Below are positions 55,545 through 64,000 of a stretch of DNA of 64,000 nt, one piece after another. A model generated the notes under the pieces. That model was not told the DNA's origin, did no database searches, and saw only the letters and a program-made list of their open reading frames with translations. Origin of the DNA: the human T2T-CHM13v2.0 reference genome, Homo sapiens; the NCBI RefSeq assembly GCF_009914755.1, contig NC_060934.1. One strand, written 5' to 3'. Each line of letters opens with the position of its first letter. Position 1 is the stretch's first letter. The translations under genes were made by a program, and so were the position numbers.

Positions 55545-55760
55545 AGAGATTAGATCTTAGGTATTCTCACCACACACACAGCGATACACACACACACATA
55601 CACACGCACAAAAGGTAACTATGTGAACTAATAGATATGTTAATTAGCTTTGTTGTGGTAATTATTTCGCAATATATACATATATCAAAATATGAAGTTA
55701 TACAACTTAAATATGTATCATTTTTATTAGTGAAGTACCTTGATAAAGCTAAGAAAAAAG
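55545..55760 (+). mobile_element. L1MA9/10-type 3' end (target of the L1PA insertion)
   Basis: tagatcttaggtattctcaccacacac...aaaaggtaactatgtg...atatgttaattagctt...taccttgataaagct. Confidence 0.8.
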
Positions 55761-55954
55761 TCAGAACTTCAGGCGCTAATATTATAAATCTAGATACAGA
55801 TTTTATAGTCTATATGTAGCTCCATAAAAATAATTAATTGTAAGAGAACATAGAAAAGTTAAAAAATATTTACAGTAAGTGCATAGAAAATCACCATCTA
55901 GACCTGGCAAGTAACACTTTAATATACTTTATCAAATATCTATCAATTCATTGC

Positions 55955-56620
55955 TATTATTTCATTAATTGATATTTAATGCATTTGTAAGTAAGCTGAA
56001 GATATCAGTAAGTTTCCCCTCAAATACTTCAGGGTGCATATCATAAATTTTAGTGAAATATTTGTGTATTGGTTAATTAATTTCTATTTTATGTAAAATT
56101 GACATGTAATTGAATATATAAATTATAATTGTATCACTCAATAAATTTTGACAAATACACACACTTACATAATCCAAACCTATATCAAGATATATATATA
56201 ATGATTATGAAGCCAGGAATCTTCTTCATGTCCCTTTACCATTAAATTCCTGACATCCAAACCCAGGCAATTATTATGTGTATAGACTGTTTTAGATATA
56301 AAACATATATAATGAAATCATGAAGCATTCATTCTTTTGAATAAAGTTTCCTTCACTCAGTGTAGTGTTTTTAATATTCTTCTACATTGTCATATGTATC
56401 ATAGTTTGATCCTTGTAATGCTGAAATACTATTTCTAAATATGAATATGCCACAGTTCATTTTATTGATGGACACCTGAACTGTTCACAATTTGGGGATA
56501 TTATGAAAAAGTTTGATGAACATTCTTTTAAGATTCATTTTTGTGGATATATATATAGAAAAGTGAAATTGTTGTGCTATAAGATAGGTAAATGCTTATT
56601 TTTTTAATCTGCCATTTGTT
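55955..56620 (-). mobile_element. Old L1 (L1ME/L1MC) fragments
   Basis: aaattttgacaaatac, ccttcactcagtgtagtg, atatgccacagtt...ttgatggacacctgaactgttc...tttggggatattatg. Confidence 0.7.
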
Positions 56621-57213
56621 TGCAGAAAGATTTGAAGGATAACTTTGCAATAGGAGGAAGGCAGTTTTAGAGTTTGATATAAAGATATGCAGGTAGGAGA
56701 TAATTGTGAAATTAGTCTGCCAAGAAAACTGCCACAAATGACAAAAATAAAATGTATTTTAATTTTGTCTAAGCTAGTTTGTTAGGAACTGATATATAAT
56801 AGAACTTAATGATTCAAAATGGAATATTAATATTATCTTGAAAAAATGTTCTGGGTAAGGATTAAACTGTACAAGCACCACTCCTGGATGTTCAGATTAT
56901 AGTGCCCTCCCACATTGCTAATGAGATTATAAGAGATAAGTAACAGGTGAGTCCATGTAATAAACCTTAGTTAGCAGCTCACTTTCTCGTGCCCTAGCTA
57001 GTTCTATCCTGATTCAAGATTTAGGCAAGAAGTTGGGGGGAATTTGTGAGATGGACCAAGGGCGAGCTCACAAGGGATGGACCCAGTAGTTAGCAAAGAA
57101 AGTATACTGAGATGGTGTGCATGAGTACCTCTTGAGTACAATGCAAGTGTGTTCTTTCTTCGACTTACTTAAAGATAGTCATTTCAAATTAACGAAGCTG
57201 TTTTGTGAATTCT

Positions 57214-57524
57214 TTTTTTGCTCTTTTTTTTTTTTTTTTTTTTCCTGAGAAGAGTTTCACTCTTGGCACCCAGATTAGAGTACAGTGGTATGATCTTGGC
57301 TCACTGCAGCCTCCACTCCCCAAATTCAAGCAATTCTTTTGCCTCAGCCTCTCAAATATCTGGAATTACAAGCACATGCCACCACACCTGGCTAATGCAT
57401 TTTTAGTAGAAACGGGGTTTCACCATGTTGGCCAGGCTGATCTTGAACTCCTGACCTCAAGTGGTCCACCCACCTTGGCCTCCCAAAGTGCTGGGATTAC
57501 AGGCATGAACCATTGCGCCCAGCC
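57214..57524 (-). mobile_element. AluS (Sx/Sz-like) SINE
   Basis: Antisense Alu; TSD tgttttgtgaattct at 57199-57213 and 57525-57539. Confidence 0.95.
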
Positions 57525-58584
57525 TGTTTTGTGAATTCTCGTAGCTTATTTTGTCTGCCTCCTGTTTCCCCTGTTACAAGAAAATAAACCTAATCTAAGA
57601 AATAAACAGCAGTTACTCTCCTGGTGGCCTGTGTTAAGTGTCTGGGGATTGTAGAAAGCATTGGAGATGATTAGGGTGCTCCATCACTTCATTCAATCTG
57701 CCAAAGAGGGTCAAGCCTTCTTTTTAAGGAGGGAGTGAGAGAAGAAGAATAAGTCAATAAGGTAGAATTACAGTAAAAAAAAAAAAAAAAAAGGAGTAAA
57801 ATAAATCAAACGTAACTTTAAAAGCAACTGGAAAATTACATTCCAAACAATTGCGGTATCTAAAGCACTCTTTAAACAATCAATAGTAATATCTAGGCAA
57901 CACTATGCTAAAAAGAACTCCAAAACACTTATAGATTCCTGCACCTTTCAGTTGGGATCTGTGATTTTAGGCCTTTGTCCAGCAACACAATATATTGATT
58001 TCATCTCCATTGTCCATGAGGAGCTTTCATTTTCTGAAGAGCACTACTATAGTGTGAATCACAAAGAATCCTGTGATTTGCATAGTTGAGAAGTTACTAT
58101 CTTTTCTTCTTATCTTAGGACTCAAAGCAAGACAGAAGCAACAGTAAAGGGAAGAGAGGCTGCTGAATTCTTTGCCCTAAGCTCGGTTCTTTAAACAGTG
58201 GCCAAAACTGAAGTATTAGCCAATTTGAAGATGGATTCCTTGTTTTTTTTTTTTGTTTTTTGTTTTTTTTTTAATGGCTGTTATCTGTTATCTCTTTAAA
58301 GAGATGCAATGTAGAGATCAAGGAGGATTTTAAAACTTTGCTTCTGTATTTGAAGCATTCGTTTATCCAAAAGAGTAAGTTAAAGTGTATCATTTCACTC
58401 TGAGTCACTTGACTTTCTGCTTTAAACTAGTGATTAAATGAAATCACAATTTTAGCGATAAGCCAAATTTTAACAAATTTGACAGATGCAGGCCTTTATA
58501 TAATAAAGATTTTTATATCACTTATTGGTGCACACAATGTTTTTTAGAAATCTCGATTGATTTGAAACTTGAACTTAATGAAAC

Positions 58585-58790
58585 AGAAAGCTTTTTCTGT
58601 AAAGGGCTGAATAGTAAATATTTGGGGCTTTGCTGGTCATAAATTCTAGACGTTGCAACTACTCAATTCTGCCCTTGTAGCATGAAAAAAGTTATGGACA
58701 AAATGTTAAAAAAATAGTGTGGTTGTGTTCCAATAAAACTTTATTTACAAAACAGGCAACTGGCTGGATTGAGCTTATGAAAACAGTCTG
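58585..58790 (-). mobile_element. MER58A DNA transposon
   Basis: ctttttctgtaaagggc...atagtaaatattt...gttgcaactactcaattctgcc...tgtgttccaataaaactttatttacaaaacaggc. Confidence 0.85.
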
Positions 58791-61039
58791 CTTTAAATTA
58801 GTCTATATATATATTTAGACTCTATAGATATTTAGACTCTTAAATATTTAAATATTATTCACAACTCCTTTAACTAGAGGTAATGTTATTTAAATTAGTA
58901 TATTTCCTAGAATTTTTTCTACACATGTATATGAGACAATGATAAAATCATATGGAATTATTTTTTGTATTCTATTTTTTATATTAAACATTAGCTTTTT
59001 ATATCAATACAGTAGTTTTGAAAACTTCATTTTGGTTACAAAAATATTAAAATTTAATGAGTATAAATTGATTTTTGTAGTCATTTTCTTTGGCTGTTTT
59101 ATTTTATTCCCCAAGTATCTGCCATACTGCAAATGTCACATGTTTTACACAAAACTTAACCACTTTGATATATTTTCATTAATTGGGTATATTTTTAGAA
59201 GTGGAAACACTAGATCAAAGTGCACTAACTTAAAAATATCTAGATATAGAATGCAAAATTACTTTCTAAAAAGCAAAGGACTTTCTATTTCAACACATGC
59301 TCATTAATAGCCATGATTATTGTGTAAAAGAACTTGTCAACCCTCTTTTTCTAAATTAAATGAAAGAAATGGGGAGAGAGAAAGATAAAAAAGAAAGAGC
59401 ACTCTAAAAATTATTTCTTATTTTTAAAAGGACTTAAATATTTATATATATAAAGATACACAACATATGAATAACACGTTGTTTTCTATATTTACAACAT
59501 GGCATAGAGAATTTATTTTTCTAATAACAAAGCTGTAACTATAATAACCACAATTCTGCTTACTCAATTACACAAAGCAGGGCAAGAGTTTCTGAAATTT
59601 TTCTCAGAGAGCTACAAAATTGCACAATTCACAGAGGCCATCAAAAAGTAATAAACTATGTAAAATTATGACGGGTATCTCAGCAGACATCCTAGTAAGA
59701 CCTACCTGCTCCAGGATTTCAGTGGTTAGTATAAGCTGTGTAAAATCATTCACATGTTACAGTGTAGCAAACTAATGAACAATTTTTCCCAGTGCTGAGA
59801 AAATTTATAGAAAGTCTACAGCTACATTTTTGGGGAGGAAGTGGCAAACGTGGTGATTAAATGCACTTCAAAGTCAGTGAAAATAGGACATAACAGTAAG
59901 TGAGGTAGTACATATGTATGACTATATAATAGATACGACCATAATACTTCTTTCAGTAATCCTCATAAACTCAGTCTAGAAAAGTACTTTGGCTCAGTAA
60001 TAGACTTTAGATAATATATTCATATCCAATTCAGTGATACGCTTAAACCCTGTTTACTTCCAGTGAGATGCTATGGGGCTGAAATAGTTTTCTTGATACA
60101 GTCCTCTAAACCTTGGACTGCAGTATTTTCGAGTTCAGAAATGTTTACTAGTAGAATTGCTTATTTTTTTTGTCCAAGCTACTCCTCCAATTTTTAACAT
60201 TTAAAGGGAATGTTCTTCAACCTACATGAAATACAATATTTTATGTATCCTAATGAGGTAGAAATGAAGTATTTTTGCAGCATTATTTTTATTTTTCAAA
60301 TTGTCAATTGTAAAAATGTTCAAACAAAAAATATAAGCATGTAGTACCATAAACATATGCATATGTCTGCCATCTAGATTCAATATTTGCTTTCTCCATC
60401 TAGGTAGCTATGAGAAAGAATTTTTGATTTTTGTTTCATTTTTCTGAGTAAGCTATTGAAAATAAGTTGAAGACGCTATTAACATTTTGCTTCCAGAGTA
60501 ATCTAGCATCCACACATAATAATGAGGACATTCACATGGGCAGTCTCAATCTCATTATTTCTTCCAAGAAAATTAACACAAATTCCCTGGTATACAATAT
60601 CTAGTATATATCAAAATTTCAAAAATTTCCTCAAAATGTAGCTGCTATATAGAGCCAACATTGTATCTTCTTAATCTTTTTTAATCCGGAACAGTTCCAC
60701 TACAATTTATTTTTACATTGCAGAAAAAAACACTCATATGTTTAAAGACATTACAATAGAAGGTACCCACAATGAAATGCAGAAAAAATTACTGGGAAAG
60801 AAATAGTCAAAACAATGGCCAGCTGTGGTAAAACTTTATGCAGCCTAACAAATGTGCAAATGCAGTTCATGACAGCAGAAAGAGAGGTTGACAAGAAAAC
60901 AAAATAAAAAGAAACAATGGCCAAAAAATCCCCAATTTTATAAAAAATAAATAAATTCAGATCCAGAATCTCAGCAAAAGTATAAGAAACCAAAATGAAA
61001 GAGAAGCCAAGGAAGACAGTTTTCTTGTTTTTTGACCAG

Positions 61040-61290
61040 AAGCACTGCAGGACTTTCTTCTAACCTATATTTTTAAGAATGATTGTATAGAAAGAAGCCT
61101 TAGAGGACAGAGACAGTGTCTCTCTCTGGAGCACGGATTAGGTGTATACACTGTGCATTAATAAAAATTCCACTTTCTCTGTAACAAAATGCATTGCATA
61201 TACAGGGACAGATCACATGGTTCTCTTCATATCACAAGTTGGGAATTGGGCTTCAGAGAACCAATGCAAGAAAATGCTGGCGCTGGAACA
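61040..61290 (+). mobile_element. Probable old ERV LTR fragment
   Basis: gacagagacagtgtctctctctggagc...ttctctgtaac...gggaattggg resembles old LTRs; family not determined. Confidence 0.4.
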
Positions 61291-61324
61291 ACCGGAGACC
61301 CATATGAAAAAATGAGCCTCTGTC

Positions 61325-62152
61325 TTTACCTCAAAATGGATCATAGACTTAAATATAAAAGCTGATACTATGTAATTTAAAAAGAAAATCTTAGAGACTA
61401 CAGAGTAGGCCAGGATTTCTTAGAACTATAGGAACAGAAATCATAAATTGAACTTTATCAAAATTAAAAATAAAAATTTTCACGTCTTTACAAACACCAT
61501 TAAGAAAATGAAAGACATGCTACAAACTGGGAGAAAATAATTGCAATATATGTATCTGGTAGAAGATACATATCCAGCATATACAAAGAAAAATTGTAAC
61601 TCAACAATAAAGTGAACAATACAATTTTTTTAAATGGGCTAAAATTTGAAAAAAAATTTGTGAAGGAAGATATTTGAATGGCTTTTGAACATAAAAAATG
61701 TTTGATGTCATTTAAATCAGAGAAATGTAAATTAAACTTACGATGTGATACCACTGCAGAAATGCTAACATTTTAAAAACTTACATAATTTGTCATCTCT
61801 ATAGAATGGAATATTATCTAGCAATAAAATGAGTGAAATTTTGATACATCCATTAACATTAAAAAGCAAAAGAGGCCAAAGACAAAAGAGAACGTAATCT
61901 ATGACTCCATTTAAATGAAAGTCCAGAAACTGAAACATAAATCTACAGTGACAGAAAACATTCAATGCTTGCTTAGGGCCTGGAATTGGGAGTAGAGATT
62001 GACCTCAAAGGTATGGAAGAAAATTTTCCAGATAATGGAAATATTCTACATCATGATTGTGCAGGAGATTACATGGGTATATACATTTGCCAAGGCCAGT
62101 TAAACTGTACAGTTAAAATGTAAAATCATCTCTCAAAAAAAGTTGATTAAAA
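61325..62152 (+). mobile_element. L1ME1-like ORF2 end and 3' UTR
   Basis: ctcaaaatggatcatagacttaaat...acaaactgggagaaaataattgc...cagtgacagaaa...atggaaatattctacatcatgattgtg...atatacatttg. Confidence 0.8.
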
Positions 62153-62165
62153 ATGTAAAACCAAT

Positions 62166-62468
62166 GGCCACATGCAATGGCTCACCCCTGTAACCCTAGC
62201 ACTTTGGGAGGCCAAGGCACATGGATCTCTTGAGCTCAGGAGTTCAAGACCAGCCTGGACAACATAACGAAAACCCATCTCTTCAAAAAATACAAAAATG
62301 AGCTGGGTGTGGTGGCACGTGCCTGTAGTTGCAGCTCCTTGTGGGGCTGAGGAAGGAGGATTGTTTGAGATCAGGAGGTCAAGGCTGCAGTGAGCTGGGA
62401 TCGTGCCACTGCACTCAGGCCTGGGAGACAAAGTGAGACCCTGTCTCAAAAAAAAAAAAAAAAAAAAA
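62166..62468 (+). mobile_element. AluJ SINE
   Basis: Sense dimeric Alu with J diagnostics (ttgagctcaggagttc, gaggtcaaggctgcagtgag) and an A tail. Confidence 0.94.
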
Positions 62469-63654
62469 TAAGACCAGTAAAGTAAAATATTTAACTTACC
62501 AGAGACTCATGGAGGCTTTTTTAATAGTAGAAAAATTAAGAAATTTGATTTGGTTGATAGGGAGGTGAAAGACAGCAAGATAGATTTATTTTGATAGGAG
62601 AAACCATTGCCATTCACCTCTAGTAATGGGGACCAGAGAAACTTCAGCGAGAGAATTCTGCAGAAAATTGTCCCTCATTGTAAGGGAGAAAAAGAAATAA
62701 AGTCTCTAAAAGTTTACAGTAGATAATCTTACATATTATATGGTCATAAATCCTATAATTCATTTGTAAGAAACTTTAATTTTCTAATGTTTACTGTGCT
62801 TCTTAACAAGACCTGCTACTCATAATTCAAAATATTTATAAGTAAGTGCAATGTTTATTTCCATATTTCTCAGAGTAGGCTTTCTATGCACATTAATAAA
62901 TGGATATGAGTTGATTAATTGTGTATTTTGCAATGTTCCCAAGAACATTTTTATTTATTTTCCTTTCTACATACCCATTAATTTTAATATTAAAGTAATA
63001 CCTATCTATTCATTTATCCAGGCTTTAGGTAACAGACCCTATATTTCTATATGTCTTTTTTCCCAAAGTTATTTCAAATGCTGTCACTTAGTATATATTT
63101 GTTTAAATATTTATTTGATTATTAAAGAATATGGATGATGGAGGATCTCACTATGATAGCAAAATCATATCATTTGTTTACATATGTAGCATGGAGTAAT
63201 AAGTTTGTGTTATTTGTTATTAGATCTAGATAAATTAGAAGAATGTACTATTATCTTTAACAATACAATTGCTCTGATTAATGTTAACACTCTGCATCAC
63301 TTCATAAAATAAGATGATATTGAAATATTCTTTCTCTCTCTTTCTCTCTCTCTGTCTCTCCAACCTTATCTTTGTTATTGACTTCATTTTCCTATTTCAC
63401 CAATTTATTCTCTATTTATCCAATGGGAATCACAAACCCAATGTGAATTTTTGTAAATTTTGGCCTTCATTAAATTTTAAGCCTGACTTATAATCTCCAA
63501 CCTGCCAGTCTCTTAAACTTCATTCTATTTATCTTCAAATGTTGCTTAAGAGGCAACTAGTGTTTTATATAAGTTAGAAACTGAAAATCCTTTTGAACTT
63601 CTCCAAATATTTAGTTATCACTCCACTGTTATAACCAAAATCTATTGATATTTG

Positions 63655-64000
63655 TGTAGTAAAGAATTTAAACTTTCCCAAAGAGAGGTCTGATCTTTCC
63701 CCTCAGCTTTTGGGAGATAATCTCTAAGCCTCTGAAATATCCTGCTTGATAACGGAGTCTTTGTTTAGGGTGGGGTCTAACCATGCTATAAAGGATACAA
63801 ATGGGATTTACCTAGAGGCTTTGGGTCATGAGGCATTAGCATCGTCTCTGGAGGAGGTGGAGAATGAAATAAGCCAGATAGGCAGTAAACCTGCCTACCT
63901 AATGAAGCCACTCAATCTCACGTAATCTTCTCTACTTGGCAATATTCCATGTGTATTATCACACATTGTGGCCAGAAGTTAACGTTGTCCATGAGTCCAC
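63655..64000 (+). mobile_element. MER77/MER21-family LTR (runs off window end)
   Basis: tgtagtaaagaatttaa...cccaaagagaggtctg...gggagataatctctaagcc...ttggcaatattcc...tcacacattg...gtccatgagtccac. Confidence 0.78.

Overview
This is AT-rich, CpG-depleted primate genomic DNA, most likely human. It carries AluY/S/J, L1PA/L1PB/L1M, THE1/MST/MLT LTRs, MER41 and Hsmar2, and looks like a gene desert or a very large intron. I cannot support any intact protein-coding gene. The interpretable ORFs in the track are relics of L1 ORF2, the Hsmar2 mariner transposase, ERVL pol, or Alu read-through. Roughly 40-45% of the window is recognisable interspersed repeat, several elements with readable target-site duplications (TSDs). 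Family calls come from remembered consensus sequences, so subfamily names and boundaries without a TSD are approximate. I do not see a convincing new biological system. The most unusual directly visible structures are two short non-tandem local duplications (98 bp at 15365/18073; 165-166 bp at 36204/38268). They are accompanied by several fold-back or tandem micro-insertions, which together look like templated-insertion (template-switch) repair scars. Other leads: a THE1 solo LTR with an intact DUX4 motif just upstream of a consensus splice donor, a few candidate non-coding exons on +, and several repeat-free, motif-dense segments that may be enhancers.
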